In this document: piece after piece, positions 28,517 through 37,780 of the stretch
Position numbering within the stretch: position 1 is the stretch's first letter
Layout: each line of letters starts with the position of its first letter
Virus record (IMG/VR): IMGVR_UViG_3300049020_000051
Length of the DNA stretch: 64,000 bases
Direction: 5' to 3' (one strand)
Source of the DNA: an uncultured virus (IMG/VR IMGVR_UViG_3300049020_000051)
Taxonomy: Duplodnaviria; Heunggongvirae; Uroviricota; Caudoviricetes
The notes under the pieces: model-generated
What the model was told of the DNA's origin: nothing
Database searches by the model: none
The model's input: only the letters and a program-made list of their open reading frames with translations
Translations under genes and position numbers: made by a program

Positions 28517-28546
28517 AGCGAGTGGCCTTCGGGTCACTCGCTTTTG
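28517..28546 (+). terminator. Intrinsic terminator with cUUCGg loop
   Basis: AGCGAGTGGCC-TTCG-GGTCACTCGCT-TTT. Confidence 0.75.
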
Positions 28547-28584
28547 CCTTGGAGCCAGCCTCCACGGACTGCCTCATTTTTGAG

Positions 28585-28733
28585 CACACGTTCCGGTCTG
28601 AAAACTAAACCTCTATAGAAAAAACATCTCTCAGGTATTTACCTATTACTTAATTTCTTTTCCTCTAGTTTTAGATTGGAATTTGGAAGATTGGAAGAAA
28701 TAGATAGTTTTCATAGGAGAAAGAGCCCTTCCA
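28585..28733. repeat. AT-rich origin-like element, copy 1
   Basis: TGGAA/TTCCA iterations, directly upstream of primase-helicase; homologous to 60015..60159. Confidence 0.7.
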
Positions 28734-28771
28734 GTGTCCTGCCAATGTCGTGCACTCTTACGCTCTCCGCT

Positions 28772-28792
28772 CATCGAATTTAGATCTACACT
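28772..28792 (+). promoter_or_regulatory. Operator-like site plus TACACT -10-like hexamer
   Basis: CATCGAATTTAGATC-TACACT; near-identical arrangement at 46575. Confidence 0.6.
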
Positions 28793-28813
28793 GTGCGCCC
28801 ACTTGGAGCAGTC

Positions 28814-31183
28814 ATGAAAGTTCACTTCCTCGAAGCGTCGACTCCACTCACGAAGCAATTTTCGTCAGACGCAAAAGGCAACCTGACCAAGACTCCGTAC
28901 CCCTTCGTTTGGGAGTTCACGAGCCACGACGAAGACATCAAGACGCTCGCTGATCTCGAAGTCACACTGAAGAAGCACGCCGCCCTTGGTCGTTGCATGC
29001 TCAAAGGTTCGTTGCAGCGCCCCCTGGTCAAAGAGTCCCGTGCCGGCAGCACACAAACCGGCAGCGACACGCAGCTCCTGGTCCTCGACCTCGACGGACT
29101 GCCTATCTCGGCCACCGGCCCCAAGGGCCTGACCTCCTTCCTCGAAGACCTCGGCCTCGACGACATCAGCTACATCGTCCAGTGGTCTGCGAGCTACGGC
29201 ATCACGAACAACGATCTGCGCTGCCACATCTTCATGCTGCTCGATCGTCCGTACGCGGCACCGTTGCTCAAACAGTGGCTGATCCAGAAGAACCACGAAG
29301 TGCCGCTGCTTACCAACAGCATGCACCTCACGAAGACCGGCAATGCCATCTCCTGGCCACTCGACGTCAGCGCCTGCCAGAACGACAAGCTGATCTACAT
29401 CGCACCGCCGAAGCTCAGCGGCATCAAAGATCCGCTGCCCCGTACCAAGCGCATTGCGCTGGTCAAGAAGAAGAAGGACACGCTGTCGCTCTCCGACCAG
29501 ATCAACAGCACGGACCGCAACCGCGTCCTCACCACCAAGCGCATCGAGATCCTGCGCGACGCAGCTGGTCTCCCCAAGCGCAAGATCACGTACAAGATGC
29601 ACGGCACCACCGAGGTGATGGTGAAGCCGGACAGTTGCACCGTCACCGAGTCCAAGGTCGAACGAGGCTTCGTCTATTTCAACCTCAACGGCGGTGACTC
29701 GTGGGCTTACTACCACCCCGAGAACAACCCGGACTACATCTACAGCTTCAAGGGCGAGAGCGCCTACCTCACCAAGGAGCTGTTGCCCGACTACTGGGCT
29801 GAGCTGTGCAGCGCACCCAAGCTCACAAGCTCAGGCGATCTCTACCTGGCCTTCTGCGACCGCAAGACAGGCGGCTATTGGCGAGGTACCTACAACCAGA
29901 ACACCGACGAGCTGGAGCTGTACCCCGCGAAGAACGAGACCCAGGTCCGACACTTCGCCAAGCAGTACGGCATGCCTATTGGCGAGTTCATCCCCGAATG
30001 GGACTTGACCTTCGATCCGCACGACAACGTCCGCGTCGACCCCGTCAACCGCACGGTCAACTACTTCGCCCCCACGGAGTTCATGCTGGCCGCGCAGGCC
30101 AAGATCACGAAGATCCCACCCACGATCAGCAAGGTCGTCACGCACGCCCTCGGCGGGGAAAAGGAGACGGTCGAGCATTTCCTCAACTGGCTCGCCTACA
30201 TCCTGCAGACACGCGATAAGGCGAAGACCGCGTGGATCTTGCATGGTGTCCCCGGAACAGGCAAAGGCATCCTCACCCACAACATCCTGCGCCCGATCTT
30301 CGGACCGGCCCAAACCGCCACGCGCCGGATGGAGGAACTCAACGAGCCTTACAACCACTGGATGAAAACAGCGCTGCTGTGCTTCATCGATGAGGTCCAG
30401 ACCAAGGCCCTGCAGAACGAACGCGGTGTCATGGCCAAGCTGAAGAATTTCATCACCGAGATGAACGTGGTCATCCGCGAGATGTACCACGGCGGCCACG
30501 AGTGCCGCAGTTACAGCAACTTCATCTTCATGTCGAACATGCCGGACCCAGTCAGCATCGACAAGCACGACAGGCGCTTCAACGTCGGCAAGTACCAGCC
30601 TGACAAGCTGGTGATCACGGACAAGGAGCTGGCCTCCCTCGACAAAGAGCTCCAAGCGTTCCACGACTACCTGGCCTCGTACAAGGTCGACGTCAAGGCA
30701 GCGATGACACCGCTGGAGACCGAGGACCGCACGACGATGATCAACATCAGTGAGTCCAGCGTCGACACCGTCGGCAACGCACTGCTCACCGGCAACTTCG
30801 GGTTCTTCGTCGACCAGCTGCCCACAGGCACCGAGTACAAGGCGAAGGCTGACGCCTTCAACAAGGTCGAGAACTACCGCTCGGCGTTGAAGAACATCAT
30901 GGCGCGCACGGACCGCAACACTGGCGCGTGCACCATCCACCGCGACGAGCTGCTGGTGCTGTTCGAGTTCGCAGTCGGCGGGATGCCGACCACCCCGAAC
31001 AAGTTCACCAGCCTGCTGAAACACCACCGCCTCCACATCACCAAGGTGTGGCTTGACGGTAAAACGGTCAATGGTATCAAGGCGATGTTCCAAGACGTCG
31101 ACCAATGGACCGAGTACGGCCGCGAGGTGAATCCGAACGCCGCACCGGTGGCCAAGCCGAAGAAGCTCAAGGCGGTGGCATGA
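28814..31183 (+). CDS. Primase-helicase (N-terminal primase-like domain, C-terminal SF3/DUF5906-like NTPase)
   Basis: LVLDLDG and CHIF motifs; GVPGTGKG, FIDEV, MSN...DRRF. Confidence 0.85.
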   Translation: MKVHFLEASTPLTKQFSSDAKGNLTKTPYPFVWEFTSHDEDIKTLADLEVTLKKHAALGRCMLKGSLQRPLVKESRAGSTQTGSDTQLLVLDLDGLPISATGPKGLTSFLEDLGLDDISYIVQWSASYGITNNDLRCHIFMLLDRPYAAPLLKQWLIQKNHEVPLLTNSMHLTKTGNAISWPLDVSACQNDKLIYIAPPKLSGIKDPLPRTKRIALVKKKKDTLSLSDQINSTDRNRVLTTKRIEILRDAAGLPKRKITYKMHGTTEVMVKPDSCTVTESKVERGFVYFNLNGGDSWAYYHPENNPDYIYSFKGESAYLTKELLPDYWAELCSAPKLTSSGDLYLAFCDRKTGGYWRGTYNQNTDELELYPAKNETQVRHFAKQYGMPIGEFIPEWDLTFDPHDNVRVDPVNRTVNYFAPTEFMLAAQAKITKIPPTISKVVTHALGGEKETVEHFLNWLAYILQTRDKAKTAWILHGVPGTGKGILTHNILRPIFGPAQTATRRMEELNEPYNHWMKTALLCFIDEVQTKALQNERGVMAKLKNFITEMNVVIREMYHGGHECRSYSNFIFMSNMPDPVSIDKHDRRFNVGKYQPDKLVITDKELASLDKELQAFHDYLASYKVDVKAAMTPLETEDRTTMINISESSVDTVGNALLTGNFGFFVDQLPTGTEYKAKADAFNKVENYRSALKNIMARTDRNTGACTIHRDELLVLFEFAVGGMPTTPNKFTSLLKHHRLHITKVWLDGKTVNGIKAMFQDVDQWTEYGREVNPNAAPVAKPKKLKAVA

Positions 31184-31389
31184 GCTACGTTCTCGACAAG
31201 GCACTGCTGCTCACACGCCGGCGCCACACTAAGTGCGTAGCCCGTGCGTTCCCGCCGTCGAAGGTCGAGATCGAGGCCCAGGCCTATCTCGAACGCAGCG
31301 CTGCGCTCTGGGACGCATTCACCGAAGCCCATCCAACCGTAGCTGCAGCGTTCGTCAAGCAGCTCAAGGACGAGACGTGCTCCAACTGA
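31180..31389 (+). CDS. Microprotein, A-x-LW-x2-F-x2-AHP family
   Basis: ATGA-coupled; AALWDAFTEAHPTVAAAF. Confidence 0.65.
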   Translation: MSYVLDKALLLTRRRHTKCVARAFPPSKVEIEAQAYLERSAALWDAFTEAHPTVAAAFVKQLKDETCSN

Positions 31390-31532
31390 TCAAGCGGCTG
31401 CTTTGCCGCCATAAGCCGGTGCTGATCGGTCTCACCGAACGCCCACTTCCCGGAGCCACCCGGATCACGCGCACCTACCGCTGCATCCACTGCACGCAGG
31501 TGCGCAGCTTCTCGCACGTCATCCGCAGATAG
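31377..31532 (+). CDS. Small Cys/His protein
   Basis: RLLCRH...YRCIHC. Confidence 0.5.
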   Translation: MLQLIKRLLCRHKPVLIGLTERPLPGATRITRTYRCIHCTQVRSFSHVIRR

Positions 31533-31644
31533 GACACGACATGAAGACCTTCATCAAAGTGATCTGGTTCGTCGCCGCTGCGTTGAGCGCAGGTGTCGGC
31601 TTCGGCGTCCTTTTGGCCTTGACCGCCGTGCTGCAGAGGTCGGC

Positions 31645-31959
31645 ATGAATCACTACGACTTCGTGGCTTGGCTCGTGGCCTGGCTCGGTACGGGAATGTT
31701 CACCGCTGTCGCCATCCTCGTTCTGTCGGTCATCACCTTGCTAGTCGTGGTGATCGTGCAGAGCACGATTCAGCGCCTCTGTCGTCATAGCGTCGTACGC
31801 GTCATTCGCTTTCACCGCGGCGTCGTACGGCCCGACATGCAGGGCAAGCAGCTCTACGTCGACCGGCACAACGTCCACAACTTCGTGGAGTGCTGCCGCT
31901 GCCAGTGCGTGCTGAAGACGAAACAACGCGAGCGCCTGTACGAGGAATCGAAGCCATGA
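31645..31959 (+). CDS. Membrane-anchored Cys/His protein
   Basis: N-terminal TM, RLCRH...CCRCQC. Confidence 0.55.
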   Translation: MNHYDFVAWLVAWLGTGMFTAVAILVLSVITLLVVVIVQSTIQRLCRHSVVRVIRFHRGVVRPDMQGKQLYVDRHNVHNFVECCRCQCVLKTKQRERLYEESKP

Positions 31960-32369
31960 CCACACCCACGCCCCACAAGCACGCCGCCCTGATCAAAGCC
32001 TGGGCGGACGACCCGAGCCAGGATGTCTGGGAGTACGACGGCCAATGGGACCTCGTGACGGACCCGGTGCCTGTCTGGTACGACCATCTGCACTACGCTC
32101 TCGGCCCCAAGCCCACCCAGCCTCCGCGCAAGATGTGCAGCCTGGCCGGTGTGGAGTTCCCTGAACCGCTGAAGGCAGCGCCACGAGCTGGTTCGGACTA
32201 TTTCGTTCCAAACATCCTCGGTGGTCTTCTGGGTGATACCTGGGTGGCCACCGTGGTTGATCTGGCTCGGCTCGGTAACGGCCTCGTCCACCCCACCCGC
32301 GAAGCCGCCGAGCAGCACAGCCTCGCCCTGCTGGCTGCGAACAAGCAAGCGATCGAAGGTGCGCGATGA
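31956..32369 (+). CDS. Hypothetical phage protein
   Basis: HKHAALIKAWAD...FPEPL...GLVHPTREAA motifs. Confidence 0.7.
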   Translation: MTTPTPHKHAALIKAWADDPSQDVWEYDGQWDLVTDPVPVWYDHLHYALGPKPTQPPRKMCSLAGVEFPEPLKAAPRAGSDYFVPNILGGLLGDTWVATVVDLARLGNGLVHPTREAAEQHSLALLAANKQAIEGAR

Positions 32370-32424
32370 GTCTGGTCGAAAACTACTCCCGCAAGCTGAT
32401 CCTCTCGCACGACGTGTGGCGGCC

Positions 32425-32673
32425 ATGACCAACACCGACATGCTGCGCTTCCTGAAATCAGGAGCCGGCAACCGCAGTACGTTCAACGTCGCCGTCAAGG
32501 CACTGATGCCGAGCACCCACCCGTACAGCGAGCTGGAGCTGCTGGCGTTCGAGCGTCTCCGTGAGTTCGCCAATCTCTGGACGATGTTCGTCGCAGCTGA
32601 GCCCGAGGTCGCCACGCAGTTCGAAGAGCGCGTGGCTGTCGCCAAGGTCACCAAGGAGCTGAGGAAGAAATGA
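32425..32673 (+). CDS. Microprotein ending VAKVTKELRKK
   Basis: ATGA-coupled; ANLWTMFVAAEPEVATQF. Confidence 0.7.
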   Translation: MTNTDMLRFLKSGAGNRSTFNVAVKALMPSTHPYSELELLAFERLREFANLWTMFVAAEPEVATQFEERVAVAKVTKELRKK

Positions 32674-32954
32674 GCCAACTCGCCAACCTGCGCGTGTGCG
32701 CGTCATGTGAATTCATCTTCCGACGCGAGGACACTGACGACGACAGCTGCCCCGAGTGCCAGTTCGGTCACTACGGCGCGCGCCGGGTGTATGGCGACAA
32801 AGCCTACGGGTATGAGCGCACGCAGAAGCCGTACCTCGACAAGCAGCTGGACAAGCTGCGCACAGAGATGCGCGCACGCATGCAGCAGCGCAAGGTAGCC
32901 AAGGTGACGAAGGAACTGCTGACCATCAAGTCTTTGAGCGGACCATGGCCATGA
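32670..32954 (+). CDS. Zn-ribbon microprotein with VAKVTKEL
   Basis: CASC...CPEC; ATGA-coupled. Confidence 0.7.
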   Translation: MSQLANLRVCASCEFIFRREDTDDDSCPECQFGHYGARRVYGDKAYGYERTQKPYLDKQLDKLRTEMRARMQQRKVAKVTKELLTIKSLSGPWP

Positions 32955-33169
32955 CCCTCTCCCTCGAAGCCGCGATCCAAATCGCCAACAACCGCGAACA
33001 GGAGTTCGTCGTCGCTGGGTGGACGCCCACGCCGGCCGAGCGCGAAGCGATGAAGGTCATCGCCGACCACGCCTGGTTGTGGCGCCGCTTCGAGCTCGCG
33101 CATCCCGAGGTCGCTACGGAGTTCCGTGCCGGCGTTGACGTGTCAGTTGAGCTGAGGGGTAAGGGATGA
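32951..33169 (+). CDS. Microprotein ending VSVELRGKG
   Basis: AWLWRRFELAHPEVATEF. Confidence 0.7.
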   Translation: MTLSLEAAIQIANNREQEFVVAGWTPTPAEREAMKVIADHAWLWRRFELAHPEVATEFRAGVDVSVELRGKG

Positions 33170-33399
33170 CCAACCTCGAAACGGTCGAGCAGGCTCGTAA
33201 GTGGCTGAACAGTTGGTACGAGCAAGCGGACGTGCAAGTTATGACGCACGCAGCGTCCACGGGCGCCAACACGCTCCGTACCTTTGCCGAGCTCTGGGCC
33301 GAGTTCGCCGACGCCCATCCGCAACAAGCGGAAGAATTTCTCGCCGTTCGTGCGGTCACGCTCGAACTTTCATCTAAGATAGATCGCACACCGATCTGA
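33166..33399 (+). CDS. Microprotein with VTLEL
   Basis: AELWAEFADAHPQQAEEF. Confidence 0.7.
   Translation: MTNLETVEQARKWLNSWYEQADVQVMTHAASTGANTLRTFAELWAEFADAHPQQAEEFLAVRAVTLELSSKIDRTPI
33371..33385. promoter_or_regulatory. Operator-like site CATCTAAGATAGATC
   Basis: Variant of 15-bp palindrome at end of microgene array. Confidence 0.6.
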
Positions 33400-33422
33400 A
33401 ACCCTTTGGAGTCCACCGGACC

Positions 33423-33605
33423 ATGAAGAAGGCACCCCTCTCTCAGAAGCACCAGGCCCGCCGAGCGCGTGCCTTCGAACGCTTCAGCATCACGGCCAAG
33501 CCCAAGGGCCAAGACCAAGCTGATTACGACGCCTACGTGGCACGCAAGGAGGTCGAGCGCCAAGCGCTCGTTGCCCGCCTTGCCGGCCGCACGCCTGGCA
33601 TCTGA
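33423..33605 (+). CDS. Basic microprotein (60 aa)
   Basis: GGAG upstream; ends LVARLAGRTPGI. Confidence 0.55.
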   Translation: MKKAPLSQKHQARRARAFERFSITAKPKGQDQADYDAYVARKEVERQALVARLAGRTPGI

Positions 33606-33617
33606 TCAACCGAGCAA

Positions 33618-33779
33618 GGGTGGCTCTGCGGTAGGAGCAGAGCCTGGGGGAAGGGCGACGGAGTCCTCCAACGCTGTCAAAGGTAAGCACGCCGGCGACT
33701 GGGTTGTAGGGCAGACGGAAACGGAGTGGCGGTAGGGCTTGTGCAGCCCGAGGTGTCCACACCGGCCTCAGAGCCACCC
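33618..33779 (+). ncRNA. Candidate structured RNA/leader
   Basis: Perfect 11-bp long-range stem GGGTGGCTCTG/CAGAGCCACCC with internal hairpins in an intergenic gap. Confidence 0.4.
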
Positions 33780-33800
33780 GAGCATTTCTTGGAGCTCGAC

Positions 33801-34004
33801 ATGAGCACGATCCACCCACCGAACGCGCTGCTGTTGCGCAAGTTCATTGGCACGGCCAAGGGACCAGACGGCACGCAGTTCGAGATGAGCCTGGTCAACG
33901 GGATCATCCCAGCCGTCAAGAACGAAACGACAGGCAAGACCTGGACGATGAACTGGGAAGAGCTGGTCAAGCTCGCCGTCGCCGAAGGCGTCTCCGAGCC
34001 ATGA
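33801..34004 (+). CDS. Hypothetical microprotein
   Basis: GGAG RBS. Confidence 0.6.
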   Translation: MSTIHPPNALLLRKFIGTAKGPDGTQFEMSLVNGIIPAVKNETTGKTWTMNWEELVKLAVAEGVSEP

Positions 34005-34354
34005 GCGCCGAGTTCGACCTGGAGATCTACCAGATCTTCATAAGCGAGATCGGCGACACCGCGTTCGACGGCGAAGCGAAGGACGACGAGCAGATCCGCG
34101 GCTCGCTGCTCTACATCTGCCTGTCGATGGGAACGGGCGGCTATTCGGACTTCCAGTTCGACGCCGCCCTCGACTCTGACGGCAAGCGGGTCGAGGGCGA
34201 GTACTACGCCCCCACTCGCACCTACCTCGATGCGCTCAAGTGCCGCCCGCTCCTTGAGCCCTGGCTGCAGGAGTACGAGTGGTCGAGGCAAGCCGTCGCC
34301 GACCTCAAAGCCACACACGCAGTCACCCAATCCCTAACTAACAAGGACCACTGA
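34001..34354 (+). CDS. Acidic hypothetical protein
   Basis: ATGA-coupled 117 aa. Confidence 0.6.
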   Translation: MSAEFDLEIYQIFISEIGDTAFDGEAKDDEQIRGSLLYICLSMGTGGYSDFQFDAALDSDGKRVEGEYYAPTRTYLDALKCRPLLEPWLQEYEWSRQAVADLKATHAVTQSLTNKDH

Positions 34355-34356
34355 CC

Positions 34357-35394
34357 ATGACCCCCAGCACCATCGTCTCCACGTTCCCCCACATCTTCGC
34401 CGCCAAGCGCTCCGTCTTCCTCAAGGGCGCTGTCGGCGTGGGCAAGAGCTCCGTCATTCATGCGCTCGGCGCCAAGCTGGGCGTCGAGGTGCGCGACACC
34501 ATCCGCGCGAGCCAGATGGACCCGACGGACATCAAGGGCTTCCCGGCACCGAACGTGGTCGACGGCACGATGCACTGGCTCACGCCCAGCTTTCTGCCGC
34601 CGATGACGGTCAAGAAGGGCAACAAGCAGGTGCCCAACGATTCGAAGGGCATCCTCTTCCTCGACGAACTGACCTCCGGCTCTGTCGCCGTGCAGGCCGC
34701 CTGTTACCAGCTCATGCTGGATCGCAAGGTGGGCGAGTACATCCTGCCCGAGGGCTGGGCCATCGTCGCCGCCGGCAACCGCGAGATCGACCGCTCGATC
34801 GTGAACAAGATGCCTGCCGCGCTGGCCAACCGCATGGTGCATGTCGACTTCGAAACCTCGGTCGACGACTTCAGCGCCTGGGCGATCGAGAACGACATCG
34901 GCGCCGAGACGATCGCTTACCTGCGCTTCCGTCCGACGATGCTGCACAGCTTCCAACCGGATTCGAAGGAGACGGCCTTTCCGTCGCCGCGCACCTGGGA
35001 ATTCGCTGACGACATCCAGAAGATGCCCATCGACAAGGGCGCCAAGCTGGAGCTGCTCAAGGGCACCGTCGGCGAGGCCGCTGCGGCTGAGTACCTGGCC
35101 TTCATCGACATGGCCAGTCAGCTGCCCAGTGCCGACCACATCGCCATGGACCCGATGAAGGCAGCCGTGCCCGAGTCGCCTGGCGCGCAGTACGCCGTGA
35201 CCACGATGCTCAGCGTCGGCACGAAAGACGTCAGCGATTTCCGCACCTTCATGCAGTACATGGAGCGCATGAGCGTCGAGTTCCAGGTTGTCTACGTGCG
35301 CGACCTGTTGACCGCTCGCGCCGTGCCCATCGACACCACGAAGGAATACACGAAGTGGGCGCTGAAGCACCAGGACGTGATCAAAGGGAGCTGA
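34357..35394 (+). CDS. MoxR-like AAA+ ATPase
   Basis: GAVGVGKS, LFLDEL, AAGNR, ALANR, PSPRTW. Confidence 0.85.
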   Translation: MTPSTIVSTFPHIFAAKRSVFLKGAVGVGKSSVIHALGAKLGVEVRDTIRASQMDPTDIKGFPAPNVVDGTMHWLTPSFLPPMTVKKGNKQVPNDSKGILFLDELTSGSVAVQAACYQLMLDRKVGEYILPEGWAIVAAGNREIDRSIVNKMPAALANRMVHVDFETSVDDFSAWAIENDIGAETIAYLRFRPTMLHSFQPDSKETAFPSPRTWEFADDIQKMPIDKGAKLELLKGTVGEAAAAEYLAFIDMASQLPSADHIAMDPMKAAVPESPGAQYAVTTMLSVGTKDVSDFRTFMQYMERMSVEFQVVYVRDLLTARAVPIDTTKEYTKWALKHQDVIKGS

Positions 35395-35396
35395 AC

Positions 35397-35936
35397 ATGC
35401 GACTGACCAAATTCGACCGTGAAACCTTCGTCAAGTGGGTCATGCAAGACGTGCCGAAGATCGACTACTACAACCAGCTGCGCAGCGCGGTGCAGGAGGC
35501 AATCATTGCCGCTGCGCCGACGGCTGTGCAGCGTTGCTACCAGACGCACCGCGACTTCTTGCAATCCCGGAGCGTGAACGTCTTCCACAACCTCTACAAC
35601 GAGGACTTCTACGGCCTGGTCGAGCGGATTTACAAGGAAGAGCAGTTCATCGCAGTGGTCGGAGCCACCGTGTTCGCTGAGCTGAAGGCAATCGACGACG
35701 CCTGGACCGCGCAGAACACACTCCGCAACGAGCTGCAGAACAAGCTCGAAGGCGCTGTCATTGCCTACACCACGCGCAAGCAGCTGGCCGCCGCGTTGCC
35801 CGAGTTCGAGAAGTACCTGCCGCCCGAAGAGGCCAAGGGTTCAAACCTGCCGGCGCTGGCCAACGTCGTCACCGACTTCATAGCTGCGGGCTGGCCGGCG
35901 GGCAAAGCCAATGCTGCTGCTGACGTGGTCACCTGA
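35397..35936 (+). CDS. Nmad5-like protein
   Basis: MRLTK...TTRKQL-x3-LPEFEKYLP...NLPA pattern. Confidence 0.65.
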   Translation: MRLTKFDRETFVKWVMQDVPKIDYYNQLRSAVQEAIIAAAPTAVQRCYQTHRDFLQSRSVNVFHNLYNEDFYGLVERIYKEEQFIAVVGATVFAELKAIDDAWTAQNTLRNELQNKLEGAVIAYTTRKQLAAALPEFEKYLPPEEAKGSNLPALANVVTDFIAAGWPAGKANAAADVVT

Positions 35937-35964
35937 GCTGACCTGGCCGGAGCCTGGACCGCGG

Positions 35965-36165
35965 ATGTCTTGGATCTGCCGAACCTTATGGTACGGCGTG
36001 ACCGAGCACGAAGCATTCGCCTGGGCATCGCAGCGCCGCGCTGGCTACAGCTTCGGCTACGACGACTTTCGCGATGCGCAGAACAACGCGGTCCGAGGCG
36101 ACATGGACGCGATCTACGCGGTTCATGTCTTCAAGATTTACCTCTTAACGGAGCACCTTCGATGA
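35965..36165 (+). CDS. Microprotein ending LLTEHLR
   Basis: ATGA-coupled to the next gene. Confidence 0.5.
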   Translation: MSWICRTLWYGVTEHEAFAWASQRRAGYSFGYDDFRDAQNNAVRGDMDAIYAVHVFKIYLLTEHLR

Positions 36166-36992
36166 GCTCTCCTCTTCAAGACAGCGCCATGCTGGTCACG
36201 TTGACGATCAGCCAGTGGACCGCGCGCAAGTTCGACCGCAAGGTCACCAAGGAAGTGAACACCACTCACGGTGCGAAGGACGCCGGCCGCTTCAATAAGC
36301 TGCTGATCGCTGCCGACGCGTTGGCGCCGCTGGGCCAGATCGAAGGCGCCGCGCGTGCCCACCACTACAGCGTCACGCTGCCCTGGGGCAACCTGGGCGA
36401 GCGGCTGCTGCCGGCCACGCTGTTCAAGGGCTACACCGACGAGATGTCCACGTTCGAGCGCGAGTTCGACAAGCGCGTGGCCGACCTGGTGCGCATCTAC
36501 CCGCAGCTGGTGCAAGACGCCCGCGCGCAGCTGGGCGGCCTGTACGACCCGGCCGACTATCCCCAGGAGATCCGCTCGCGGTTCTCTTTCAAGATCAACT
36601 TCACGCCCGTGCCGAGCGCCGCGGACTTCCGCGTGAACCTGAACGCCGACTTCGTCGAGCAGATTAAGGCGGACATCACGCGTCAGCAGCAGAGCCGGCA
36701 GACCGAAGCCGTGAAGCATGTCTGGACCCGCGTGCGCGAGGTCGTTGAGAAGATCCAGGAGGTGTGCAGCAAAGAAAAGCCGCGCATCTTCGATTCGATG
36801 ATTGAGAACGCCAGCCAGCTGATCAGCATCCTGCCGGCCCTCAACATCAACGGCGACCCCGAGCTGGACAAGATCGCTGAGCAGATGAAGGCCCTCGTGG
36901 TCCCCGTCGACTCACTGCGCAACTCGGTGACCCGTCGGCACGCCGTCAAGAAGTCGGCCGACCAGATCCTGGCGTCGATGCCATGGGCGTGA
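36162..36992 (+). CDS. DUF3150-like protein
   Basis: SQWTARKFD...TLPW...DYP...F motif; typical AAA/VWA neighbour. Confidence 0.65.
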   Translation: MSSPLQDSAMLVTLTISQWTARKFDRKVTKEVNTTHGAKDAGRFNKLLIAADALAPLGQIEGAARAHHYSVTLPWGNLGERLLPATLFKGYTDEMSTFEREFDKRVADLVRIYPQLVQDARAQLGGLYDPADYPQEIRSRFSFKINFTPVPSAADFRVNLNADFVEQIKADITRQQQSRQTEAVKHVWTRVREVVEKIQEVCSKEKPRIFDSMIENASQLISILPALNINGDPELDKIAEQMKALVVPVDSLRNSVTRRHAVKKSADQILASMPWA

Positions 36993-37225
36993 TAGATCGC
37001 TGGGCGACGGAGCCTGTCATCCGCCCCGAGCGCTACTACGCGCAGCGCTCTACGCAGAATGCGAGCAAGTGGGCCGTTATGTGCGGCCCGATCGCTGCTG
37101 ACGCGGTAAAGGCCGAGCTCACGAACGGCACCGTGCCCAGCCCAAAGCACGTGCGCGGTCCGCTGTCTCACGACCGCGCCCGCAGCCTGGCTCGCCAACT
37201 CAACAAGCAGGACGCCGAGCAATGA
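36983..37225 (+). CDS. Microprotein (GPL...A...LN family)
   Basis: RGPLSHDRARSLARQLN. Confidence 0.6.
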   Translation: MGVIDRWATEPVIRPERYYAQRSTQNASKWAVMCGPIAADAVKAELTNGTVPSPKHVRGPLSHDRARSLARQLNKQDAEQ

Positions 37226-37452
37226 ACCGCGGGGCCTATCGCATGGCTATGGCCGGCACCGGCGGTGGCTACACCGTCGTCCGTGACCCGGACGCCGGCC
37301 AGATCGTCGCAGCCACGCTGCGCGGCGAAGGCCCCGCCTTGCCTCAGCTCGTGATGCGTGGGCCGCTGCGGTACTGCGACGCAAAGATCAACGTGGAGAA
37401 ACTCAATGCCGCAGCAGAGGCCGCGTTACTACGTGAAATGGAACAACCGTGA
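37222..37452 (+). CDS. Microprotein (GPL...A...LN family)
   Basis: RGPLRYCDAKINVEKLN. Confidence 0.6.
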   Translation: MNRGAYRMAMAGTGGGYTVVRDPDAGQIVAATLRGEGPALPQLVMRGPLRYCDAKINVEKLNAAAEAALLREMEQP

Positions 37453-37780
37453 AGGCTTCGTCGGTTGGGAAGTGCGCAAACGTCTAACCAAGATCGAAGT
37501 GCTAACTCACCAGATTTGCGATCACGCCATCTTCGAACTTGTCATCGCCGGACCCTACAACCGCCGTGCCCTGGCTGACTCTCTCGCAAGAAACAGGAAC
37601 ACAGAACATGAGCAACGACACTCCCACGAAGATCGTCAAAGCCCGGATCGGCCTGATCAAGCGCCAACCGTTCTTCGGCACACTGGCTCTGCGCATGAAG
37701 CCAATCATGCGCGACGACCTGAAGCCGCCGACGATGGCGACGGACGGCCGGAACCTCTACTTCCATCCGAAGTTCGTTGA
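37406..37780 (+). CDS. Possible third GP-family microprotein, overlapping VWA gene
   Basis: GGAG RBS; AGPYNRRALADSLARNRN. Confidence 0.4.
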   Translation: MPQQRPRYYVKWNNREGFVGWEVRKRLTKIEVLTHQICDHAIFELVIAGPYNRRALADSLARNRNTEHEQRHSHEDRQSPDRPDQAPTVLRHTGSAHEANHARRPEAADDGDGRPEPLLPSEVR

